A DNA stretch of 32,000 bases from Flavobacteriaceae bacterium (GCA_965224465.1 OZ245049.1:5010001-5042000), one strand, 5' to 3'. Positions 6,828 to 13,208 are shown, counted from the stretch's first letter. The notes: a model not told the origin generated them from the letters alone. A program made the numbers and translations.

Positions 6828-7303
6828 GTGTTGTTAAGCTGCTACTGTCACACGATACAATCGAGAGCCGGGGTCATACTTGATGGATTGGCAACTACAA
6901 AAGGAGATTCTTCAAGAGGTTCTCGATATAATTCAGCAATACGATACTATGAGCATTTTGGTAAAGATGCACCACTAGTAATAGTTGTTGTTTCAGAGGA
7001 TGGAATGATTAATTTAATTCCTGATTTAAGACCACAGATAAAACACAGTCTCATTGAAGAATCCATTGATAACTTTAACAGTCTTTTAAACGTGACTAAT
7101 TTAGATAAATAGACTTTTAACAGAGGAATGAGGTTTTTTCAATCAATCAATTTTTATTTAACGTCAGAAGAGTGTAAAGCTATTAATAAAATAAGGGAAG
7201 AAATAGAAAGTAAAATCTCTAAAGATCTAATTATGATGAGAATAGTTTATCGAGATTTGAATTCAAATTCTGAAATGAACGAAAGGTACTATTTGAATGA
7301 ATA
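6828..7303 (+). pseudogene. remnant of a diadenylate-cyclase-like (DisA_N/DAC fold) gene: 5'-truncated, with an in-frame TAG
   Basis: RAGVILDG...RGSRYNSAIRYYEHFGKDAPLVIVVVSEDGMINLI parallels the C-terminal half of DAC domains (DGAvii...GTRHRAA...D..ivVSEETG.ISL), but with RYN in place of RHR. Only a GTG start is available, with a TGA 2 codons upstream. After the TAG at 7110-7112 the same frame stays open for 63 more codons, to the TAA at 7302-7304. Confidence 0.45.
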
Positions 7304-7355
7304 ACGAAATAAAAAACAATTATATTCAAAAAATCGTTATTTATATACCAGTTGT

Positions 7356-7395
7356 GAAAATTAAAACCATTCAGTTTAGGATGGTTTTAATTTTT
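7356..7395. terminator. strong hairpin between convergent gene remnants (probable bidirectional terminator)
   Basis: aaaattaaaaccat (7357-7370) pairs perfectly with atggttttaatttt (7381-7394), with a 10-nt loop. A/T runs lie on both sides. Confidence 0.5.
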
Positions 7396-7452
7396 CAGCT
7401 TTTGAACAAACAACGTTTAAGATATAAACAATGCTTTTTTTAGCTTTATAAA

Positions 7453-7659
7453 TTAATTTATAATAATCCTTCTGTATTCGGGAGAAATCTCATCACTTTG
7501 AAATTGTTCAACAATAATAACGCCTTTAGAGGCGTCAATAATATCTTTACGTACAATTTTTCTTGCAGAAGGAATTTTAGAGTATCTGTAATCTAAAATA
7601 ACATTTAAAGCTTCTCTTGCTTGGAGGGGTCAAACAATCTTACTCACTTTTACTTTCAT
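7453..7659 (-). pseudogene. RelE/ParE-like toxin remnant with an in-frame TGA at the conserved Trp position
   Basis: The minus-strand frame reads MKVKVSKIV-TGA-PLQAREALNVILDYRYSKIPSARKIVRKDII... This resembles ParE-family N-termini (M..I.WS..A...L.eIldY). The TGA is at 7630-7632. The frame is only 68 codons, shorter than the ~100 aa I recall as typical for this family. It starts 3 nt after the tandem stops of the upstream small gene. Confidence 0.4.
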
Positions 7660-7662
7660 CTA

Positions 7663-7932
7663 CTATTGTTCTTTTTCAAACTCTTCGACAGAAATATAAT
7701 CTCCTTTTTCTATTTGCTTTTCAGCAGTAGATAAAGCCATTTTATGTTCCTTACGAGACATTGGTGAGCCATCAGGATAAAAAGCTACAGTTTCATTTTT
7801 AAAGTAACTTTCATATAATGCGTCAACCATACGTAAAAAACGTTCATCTACAGTACCAATGGATTGAACCCATTTTTCTCTTAATTCTAGTGCTCCCATA
7901 ACAATGAAGTATTTATGGAAACAAAGATACAT
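7663..7932 (-). CDS. small antitoxin-like protein (called from context); the alternative start at 7899 (MGALELREK...) is plausible
   Basis: 78-89 aa with an acidic C-terminus (GDYISVEEFEKEQ). Two tandem TAG stops are followed directly by the ATG of the ParE-like remnant, a typical antitoxin-toxin operon layout. No firm family assignment. Confidence 0.4.
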   Translation of the reverse strand: MYLCFHKYFIVMGALELREKWVQSIGTVDERFLRMVDALYESYFKNETVAFYPDGSPMSRKEHKMALSTAEKQIEKGDYISVEEFEKEQ

Positions 7933-8091
7933 AAATCATTCCAATTTTAAATAATCATTAAAAAGAGGAGGTCGTTTCATCACAAATATTTAGCTTTGAG
8001 GGAGTAAGAAATGTTCTTTGGAATAGATGTTTTTTAGAGTAAGCTACTGCTAATAAAAGTGTAAAAGCTCTCAAAAAAGACGGGTAGTTTG

Positions 8092-8245
8092 TATCCCTTT
8101 GGCTTAAAGCATAAAGGGTATAATTATAACAAAAATGGGAGACATCACAAGTATGAATTCCAAGGACAAGAAACTCAAGATGAATTAGGGGCTCAATTGG
8201 ATATCATTTAAGTGGAGAAATCATGACCCAGCTATCGGGCGATTT
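8092..8245 (+). pseudogene. frameshifted stub of RHS core end belonging to orphan cassette 2
   Basis: The frame starting at 8092 reads YPFGLKHKGYNYNKNGRHHKYEFQGQETQDELG and then hits a stop. The +1 frame continues LNWISFKWRNHDPAIGRFMNIDPLAE into ORF 8246..9016. It is co-linear with cassette 1 (YYPFGLKHKGYN...EEQDELGLGWIDITARNYDAALGRWMNIDPLAE). Confidence 0.8.
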
Positions 8246-9016
8246 ATGAATATTGACCCACTAGCAGAGGATTACAGTTATCAATCACCATACAACTTTG
8301 CAGAAAACAGAGTTGTCGATTCAGCAGAATTGGAAGGTTTAGAAAGAATATATGCAGCAGATGGTAAATTCATTAATCAAGTTGGGGAAAGTCAAAAAAT
8401 TAGAATAATGAGTCATAATGATGGTAATGCCAAAGCTTTAGTAAATACGGCTAATAACACTAAACTGTCCCCTGAAGAAAGATCTCAAGCTGTAAGTGTT
8501 TTAAATAATAATAGCTACTATGGTTTCGAATCAGTTGATGATGCAGCTGGAGGTCATGCCGAAGCATATAATCAATCATCAATTGATAGCAATGCTGAAA
8601 TCGGTGCAGCTATAAACGAAGTTAGTTTGACAAATGCAGATGGAGAATCGATTGGGTCAACCTTTATCCTAGGTGATGGAGTATCATCAGGAGACAGAAG
8701 TTCAATCGATGCAGGAAAAATGATTTATGGAGGTAATGTTGTAAAAAATGGTTTTTCCGGTAAGTCTATCTCATTGAAAATGCCTGGGGAATTAGTTGGT
8801 CTTGTCCATACTCACGGAAGAGGTAGTCTCGATTTTTCTACAGGAGGAGACGGAGTTCTTTTTTCTTCAGACCAAACTGTATCAAAAAAGTATAACGTAC
8901 CAACATATATGTCCAATAAAAAAGGGCAGCTAAGAAAAGCCAATTTTCATTTAGGAGAGAAAACTTCTAAGGTGCTTAGAAGTAATATACCAGCGAATCT
9001 TTGGAAATTTTATTAA
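8246..9016 (+). CDS. orphan RHS cassette 2: extreme core end (MNIDPLAE...SPYNFAENRVVDSAELEGLE) plus a variable toxin tip with an E...HTH...SSD (JAB/MPN-like, DUF4329-like) motif
   Basis: The listed ATG is the Met inside the conserved RFMNIDPLAE block, so the ORF is a 5'-truncated fragment. The tip contains NAEIGAAI (gaa 8597-8599), LVHTHG (cat act cac 8806-8814) and LFSSDQ (8864-8872), followed by VPTYMSNKKGQL. Confidence 0.8.
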   Translation: MNIDPLAEDYSYQSPYNFAENRVVDSAELEGLERIYAADGKFINQVGESQKIRIMSHNDGNAKALVNTANNTKLSPEERSQAVSVLNNNSYYGFESVDDAAGGHAEAYNQSSIDSNAEIGAAINEVSLTNADGESIGSTFILGDGVSSGDRSSIDAGKMIYGGNVVKNGFSGKSISLKMPGELVGLVHTHGRGSLDFSTGGDGVLFSSDQTVSKKYNVPTYMSNKKGQLRKANFHLGEKTSKVLRSNIPANLWKFY

Positions 9017-9027
9017 AAAAAGAAAAA

Positions 9028-9765
9028 ATGAGTTTAATCAAATTATTTAGTTTACTAGCATTAGTTGTGCTATTGTTTAGTTGTCAAAAAGACAAAACAC
9101 CTTTAGATGGAGCACTTGAAGAAATTCAAAAATCATGGACTAAAGAGGCCTTAAATAATTTTGCTAAAAAGGATATAAAAAATGCGAATGCAGAAATCTT
9201 TTTTACTAGAGCACTTGAGTATCGCAATAAATACTTTAGAACTCCTAAAGATTCAACTCTCTTAAATTATTTTCTTAACTTAAATATTGAACATGAAGAC
9301 CATATGTCTGGTATTATATTTATTTCTCTTCATAGAAAATTAAATAACATGGATATTGATTTATACGGTCAACTGGAATCTATATATAAAATTCAAAATG
9401 AGCTTCAAAAAAAGAGGTTAAAGAATTATAAAAGAGCTTCTAAATATATTAAAAAGTATAAAATTGGTGATACAATTTTTTTAAGAAGACCTATCGACGA
9501 TGGTAGAAACGCTGTACAGTATATTTATCCAGAAGACAGTGACTGGGTTTATAATGACTCATTGGATTTAATTTTGAAAGGAATAATAATTAGTAAAAAT
9601 AAAATTATTGATTCTCTAGATATCATTTATAAAATGAAGGTTTTATCTAAAAACAATGAAAAAGTTAAAGTATTAATGGAAGATGTAGGTGTAAATGATA
9701 CGATAGAAATTGATTTGAGAATTGATATAATCGAAAACAGCAAAACCTCGTCAGCACACGAATAA
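9028..9765 (+). CDS. small lipoprotein, candidate cognate immunity protein of tip 2
   Basis: The Met at 9028 gives MSLIKLFSLLALVVLLFSC|QKD (lipobox LFSC). It begins 12 nt after the toxin stop. The listed start at 9001 is a non-ATG codon overlapping the toxin. No homology recognised. Confidence 0.55.
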   Translation: MSLIKLFSLLALVVLLFSCQKDKTPLDGALEEIQKSWTKEALNNFAKKDIKNANAEIFFTRALEYRNKYFRTPKDSTLLNYFLNLNIEHEDHMSGIIFISLHRKLNNMDIDLYGQLESIYKIQNELQKKRLKNYKRASKYIKKYKIGDTIFLRRPIDDGRNAVQYIYPEDSDWVYNDSLDLILKGIIISKNKIIDSLDIIYKMKVLSKNNEKVKVLMEDVGVNDTIEIDLRIDIIENSKTSSAHE

Positions 9766-9910
9766 CCGTAGCGCTACCCCATAGCAGTACCGCGAGATTG
9801 TATCTCGTGGGGTCAACGTTAAGCCAACCAGCAATTAAAACTACTAAAACCACAGCAGCAATGTTGTGGTTTTTTACATACTGGCTACACATACATTTCC
9901 CTCCTATTCC
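9759..9910 (+). repeat. junction repeat R1, copy 2
   Basis: cgaataaccgtagcgctacccc...cgcgagattgtatctcgtggggtcaacgttaagccaaccagcaattaaaactactaaaaccacagcagcaatgttgtggtttttt.. ctggctacacatacatttccctcct. Same order of blocks as copy 1. It starts inside the last codons of the immunity gene. Confidence 0.8.
9846..9876 (+). terminator. rho-independent terminator inside R1 copy 2
   Basis: Stem ccacagc / gttgtgg (7 bp including one G-U pair), loop agcaat, then a T-run at 9870-9875. Confidence 0.65.
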
Positions 9911-9972
9911 TTGTTAAAACCTACGGATTCAAAGACGGCACAAATACAAGGGACGATTATTCTTATGATAAG
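9883..9972 (+). pseudogene. bare RHS stub (about 30 codons) with no tip or immunity gene
   Basis: Reads GYTYISLLFLVKTYGFKDGTNTRDDYSYDK and then runs into another R1 copy. The nucleotide sequence aaacctacggattcaaagacggcacaaataca is shared with 1017-1048, upstream of cassette 1. Confidence 0.6.
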
Positions 9973-9980
9973 CCCCCCCG

Positions 9981-10040
9981 CTGCCACGAATAACCACCAT
10001 CGCTACCACGATTTTATCGTGTGGCGTCAACGTTAAGCCC
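9981..10040 (+). repeat. junction repeat R1, copy 3 (palindromic part only)
   Basis: gctgccacgaataaccaccatcgctaccacgattttatcgtgtggcgtcaacgttaagcc, with an internal hairpin cacgat-ttt-atcgtg. It shares its ends with copies 1 and 2. Confidence 0.7.
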
Positions 10041-10081
10041 TAATTTATTCAAATTCCTGAAAAAAAACAATACCTTTAAAA

Positions 10082-10207
10082 ATGAGACGTAATTATAAAT
10101 TTCACAATCTAGAAGGTTTCTGTTTTGAAAGTTTTGCTGTAGTGAATTGATTAGATGTATTTACGAGGGATAGCTACAAGGATATTATTGTTGACAGTTT
10201 AGCCTTT
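10082..10207 (+). pseudogene. N-terminal stub of a RayT-like (REP-associated, IS200/IS605-type Y1) transposase with an in-frame TGA
   Basis: MRRNYKFHNLEGFCFESFAVVN-TGA-LDVFTRDSYKDIIVDSL matches my recollection of the conserved N-terminus of Bacteroidota Y1 transposases (MRRNYKYHNPEGLYFISF..V.WIDVFTR..YKDI.V.SL). The TGA at 10148-10150 sits where Trp is expected. Homology ends at about 10207, where repeat R2 begins. Confidence 0.5.
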
Positions 10208-10299
10208 GCTATCGTTCTGTTTTTTAACAACGCTAGAACGTAAAATAAATTATTTATATTGATCATTTTGGATTTTAATTGGTATTATACATTGAACCG
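10193..10299 (+). repeat. intergenic repeat R2, copy A
   Basis: gacagtttagcctttgctatcgttctgttttttaacaacgctagaacgtaaaataaattatttatattgatcattttggattttaattggt. About 84% identical (65/77 by hand) to the reverse complement of 22259-22339. Its 3' block recurs at 11345-11372. Confidence 0.75.
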
Positions 10300-10309
10300 T
10301 TTTTTTTGT

Positions 10310-10317
10310 TATATTTG
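10310..10317 (+). promoter_or_regulatory. possible Bacteroidota -7 promoter element (TAnnTTTG)
   Basis: TATATTTG is an exact match to the consensus, 49 nt upstream of the ATG at 10366. A TTG lies at 10292-10294, but the spacing is shorter than I expect. The motif is expected by chance many times in AT-rich DNA. Confidence 0.25.
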
Positions 10318-10365
10318 TAAAAGGCCCACTATTTAAGAGCTGAATTAAATTAATAAAATCACAAT

Positions 10366-11001
10366 ATGTCAATTTTTACAACAGAATTTAAAGAAGCATT
10401 GACCCATATATCATCAAAAGAAAAAGACACTTTAATTTTACGTTTACTTAAAAAAGATTTAAATCTTGCCAAGCGCTTGTATTTCGAATTAGTAGATACC
10501 CGTTCTGTTGATGAACGTAGAGGATTAATGGAAAAGCATATTGTTTCCAAAGTATTTGAAATGAGTAAAACTTTTTATTCTATAGCGTATTTAAATGTTG
10601 AGGTGCGGTGGTTGAGTGGAGATATTACAGCTCATGTACGCACAACAAAAGATAAATTTGGAGAAGCTAGTTTGAATTTATTGCTTTTAAATGAAACTCT
10701 TAGGTTAAATAAAAATAATATTTTAACAGCCAGACCTCCTGTTAAATTGCGGAAGTTTTGCGTGGCTATTGTTGCTCGGGTTTTTAAAGTGTTACTGCTA
10801 ATTCATAAAATGGATGAAGATTTTTTACTCGAATTTAAAACAGGATTAATACAGTTAGGTGAGTTGATCGGAGCAAATAATTGTGTAATGTCAACTGCTG
10901 TAAAAAATGGCTTGGATGTAAATTGGCTTTTATCTGCAGAAATACCAATAGACATTGTTTCGATTCATAAGGCATTGAAAGCAAATGATTTTTTAAGGTA
11001 A
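10366..11001 (+). CDS. hypothetical protein (211 aa), no recognisable domain
   Basis: Long ORF with an ATG start. Bracketed by R2 copies A and B in direct orientation. No motif recognised. Confidence 0.6.
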   Translation: MSIFTTEFKEALTHISSKEKDTLILRLLKKDLNLAKRLYFELVDTRSVDERRGLMEKHIVSKVFEMSKTFYSIAYLNVEVRWLSGDITAHVRTTKDKFGEASLNLLLLNETLRLNKNNILTARPPVKLRKFCVAIVARVFKVLLLIHKMDEDFLLEFKTGLIQLGELIGANNCVMSTAVKNGLDVNWLLSAEIPIDIVSIHKALKANDFLR

Positions 11002-11250
11002 TTGAATTTTTAAGCACAAAAAATATGATCAGAATTACTTGAAAATAGTATCCAAAAGCAATTCAATATAACGGATGTAAAATCAAGTCTTTTCTGTTGT
11101 TTAAAAATAGATGAATCGCGATCCTTATTTTTTCCGAGGAGAAACAATAAAAATCAGTTGGTGTTCTCTATGTATTATTTCTGATTTGTTTTTGCAAAGT
11201 TGTATCATTATATCATCCTTTGTAAGGTAAAAGTTAAAATTGCTTCGCAT

Positions 11251-11372
11251 GGCCTTTGTTAGCGGAAGCTGTTTTTACAAATAGATTTTTAAACAGAAAC
11301 AAAATAGTGCAATATTATAAGGTGAAAAGGATAATAAACTATGAATATCGGTTATTTTGGATTGTAATTGGT
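11251..11372 (+). repeat. intergenic repeat R2, copy B (diverged 5' part, conserved 3' block)
   Basis: The block atatcggttattttggattgtaa at 11345-11367 is identical (23/23) to the reverse complement of 22259-22281. The following taattggt is shared with copy A. The 5' part ggcctttgttagcggaagctgttttt only loosely matches agcctttgctatcgttctgtttttt. Confidence 0.55.
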
Positions 11373-11430
11373 GTAAAAGGGACTATAAGTATTTAAAAAC
11401 AAACAGAGTCCCATTTTTGAGGTGTTTTTT

Positions 11431-12348
11431 TTACGAAACATGAATGCTCTTACCTTTAGATGCTACATTTTTAAGAGCATCAAAATAAAAATCTACCCGT
11501 CCTAAGTGAATGCCATATTTTCCTACTTGATTTACGAGTACTGTTTTTCCGTCGCTGTTGATTACCTCGGTAGGTTTATCTAAAAACGTATGCGTATGTC
11601 CTCCTATAATCAAATCGATGTCCTTGGTTTTGGAAGCTAGAATTAAGTCAGAAATGTGATTCGGATTTTTCTTATAATTATAGCCTAAATGAGAGAGGCA
11701 AATGATTAAATCGCATTGTTCTTGGTTTTTTAATAGTCGCGTAGTTTGTTGTGTAATTTCTATAGGGTCTAGGTATTTTGTTTCTTTATAAAGTTGTTTT
11801 AATACCAAACCATCTAATTCAACCCCCAATCCGAAAACACCAATTTTAATTCCGTTTTTTATAAATATTTTATACGGTTTTACGTGGCTATCTAAAAGGG
11901 TGTTTTTAAAATCGTAATTAGCAGACACAAAATCAAATTTAGCATGAGGCAATTGCTTGTAGAATCCATCTATTCCATTGTCAAAATCGTGATTTCCTAG
12001 GGTAGCAGCATCGTATTTTAACATGCTCATCAATTTAAATTCCAATTCACCACCATAGAAATTAAAATAAGGAGTTCCTTGGAAAATATCACCTGCATCT
12101 AGTAGTAATGTGTTAGGATTTTCTGTACGGATACTATTGATTAGCGTCGCCCTTCTTGCAACGCCTCCTTGATTGGGGTATTTGGGGTGGTTGGCATCAA
12201 AAGGATCTATATGGCTGTGGGTGTCATTGGTATGTAAAATGGTTATTTTTGTTCGTGTATCTTTGTCAAACGAAAGCGATGTAAGACCACCTAAAGTGAT
12301 CCCAGCGGTAATAAATCCAGTGTTTTTTATAAAATTTCTTCTTTTCAT
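11431..12348 (-). CDS. metallophosphoesterase / 5'-nucleotidase N-terminal (catalytic) domain protein with a Tat signal
   Basis: MKRRNFIKNTGFITAGITLGG (twin-arginine motif), then ILHTNDTHSH, LLLDAGDIFQGTPYFN, GNHDFDNG and GGHTHT, the calcineurin-like phosphoesterase signature of UshA-type enzymes. Confidence 0.85.
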   Translation of the reverse strand: MKRRNFIKNTGFITAGITLGGLTSLSFDKDTRTKITILHTNDTHSHIDPFDANHPKYPNQGGVARRATLINSIRTENPNTLLLDAGDIFQGTPYFNFYGGELEFKLMSMLKYDAATLGNHDFDNGIDGFYKQLPHAKFDFVSANYDFKNTLLDSHVKPYKIFIKNGIKIGVFGLGVELDGLVLKQLYKETKYLDPIEITQQTTRLLKNQEQCDLIICLSHLGYNYKKNPNHISDLILASKTKDIDLIIGGHTHTFLDKPTEVINSDGKTVLVNQVGKYGIHLGRVDFYFDALKNVASKGKSIHVS

Positions 12349-12353
12349 AAGGC

Positions 12354-13121
12354 TTAGTTTAAACGTTTAAAGCGTTGATCTAATTCCACGTGTACCGTGT
12401 CTTTTTTTATAAAGTAATCGATAATGGCAGCTCTAAATTTGTAATTTAATTCGTACAAATGCACAGGATTTGCAAAAAAGTCCATGCGATCTCCACCTTT
12501 TTGAAGGTAGTCGGAGGTTAGGATATAATAGTTGCGACTCGGGTCAAAGGGGATGTTGTTAATAGTAAAGCGCTCTATTTTATGATCCTTTAAAAGTAAT
12601 TTAACTTGTTTAGAGATCGGGTGAGCACGATTGCTTTTCTCTAAGTATTTTACCATTTCAAGTACTTTTTCTCCAGTAATTTCAACAACAACCAAAACGT
12701 TCTCAAAAGGCATTAGTTGAAATGCATGATTGTATGTGATGTTTCCCTTTCCGATTGGAGCTCTAATTCCTCCGTGATTGAATACTACAAAATCAATATT
12801 CTTTTGATTGCGTTTATAAAATACGGGGTTGGCTTGTTCGTAGCATAAATCTGCTAATAAATTCCCTAGAGAACTCTCTAATTCCCCATCATGAGAATTT
12901 AAATTTACAGGAGTATAGCTAATTATTTTTGTCATTTCCTTTTTTACAGAAGTCCGATAGGGTTGGATGTAATTTTCTATCAAGCTATCGGCTTGATATT
13001 TTTGGCTAATGGGAAGAAGTTGAGACTGTATTTCTACCAGATGTTTTTTATTGGTAGAACAAGAAATGGTCATAAAAAAAGCCGCGCAATAAGCGATGTG
13101 CTTAAAATTTAAAGAATACAT
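12354..13121 (-). CDS. 5'-nucleotidase C-terminal (substrate-binding) domain lipoprotein
   Basis: Lipobox FFMTISC|S. ESSLGNLLADL and NHGGIRAPI..GNITYNHAFQLMPFEN are typical of the 5'-nucleotidase C-terminal domain. It lies 5 nt upstream of the metallophosphatase gene on the same strand. Confidence 0.8.
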   Translation of the reverse strand: MYSLNFKHIAYCAAFFMTISCSTNKKHLVEIQSQLLPISQKYQADSLIENYIQPYRTSVKKEMTKIISYTPVNLNSHDGELESSLGNLLADLCYEQANPVFYKRNQKNIDFVVFNHGGIRAPIGKGNITYNHAFQLMPFENVLVVVEITGEKVLEMVKYLEKSNRAHPISKQVKLLLKDHKIERFTINNIPFDPSRNYYILTSDYLQKGGDRMDFFANPVHLYELNYKFRAAIIDYFIKKDTVHVELDQRFKRLN

Positions 13122-13200
13122 ATGTTACATGTTTTTAAGGTCTTATTAAGAAGAAATAGAGTTTGGTCTCTTCTTAATTTTTTTAACAAAGTAAATTGTT

Positions 13201-13208
13201 TAGTTTTG
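13201..13208 (+). promoter_or_regulatory. possible Bacteroidota -7 promoter element (TAnnTTTG)
   Basis: TAGTTTTG is an exact consensus match ending 22 nt upstream of the ATG at 13230, in a divergent intergenic region. No convincing -33 TTG found. Confidence 0.25.

Noticed and set aside
6846-6880. Apparent similarity between the start of the DAC-like fragment (cacacgatacaatcgagagccggggtca) and the R1 hairpin (cgcgagattgtatctcgtggggtca)
   Set aside because: The match needs two gaps and rests on a short palindrome plus the 7-mer ggggtca, which is compatible with chance. It is not used as evidence that the fragment start is repeat-derived.
7975-8091. Possible further decayed RHS core upstream of cassette 2 (QIFSFEGVRNV versus LQFFNHAEGYV; KKDG before SLYPFG)
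   Set aside because: Only a few residues match, across two frames and an internal stop. This is too weak to annotate, though it is consistent with a longer decayed stub.
9665-9892. Minus-strand ORF 9665..9892 (75 aa, hydrophobic)
   Set aside because: It runs through the end of the immunity gene, the R1 palindrome and the terminator hairpin. The hydrophobic translation is a by-product of the repeat sequence, and the same MVVI-type string appears wherever R1 is read backwards (for example at 6791).
852-10040. R1 elements as integron attC-like recombination sites. The supporting features were variable-length imperfect palindromes after each promoterless cassette, and a 3' 7-mer GTTAAGC that fits the attC R' consensus GTTRRRY.
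   Set aside because: The 5' 7-mer (GAATAAC) fits RYYYAAC at only 5 of 7 positions, failing at two of the three Y positions. The arms pair poorly when folded by hand. No integron integrase is in the window. Ordinary rhs orphan-cassette biology explains the layout. An attC covariance-model scan would settle the question.
852-10040. R1/R2 repeats as a CRISPR array
   Set aside because: The copies are irregularly spaced (kilobases apart), differ in length and orientation, and have no uniform spacers or adjacent cas genes.
10359-11017. Minus-strand ORFs 10359..10550 and 10835..11017
   Set aside because: They are antisense to the longer plus-strand ORF 10366..11001, barely above the 60-aa cut-off, and carry no motifs.
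12173-12370. Plus-strand ORF 12173..12370
   Set aside because: It is antisense to the N-terminus of the well-supported metallophosphatase gene.
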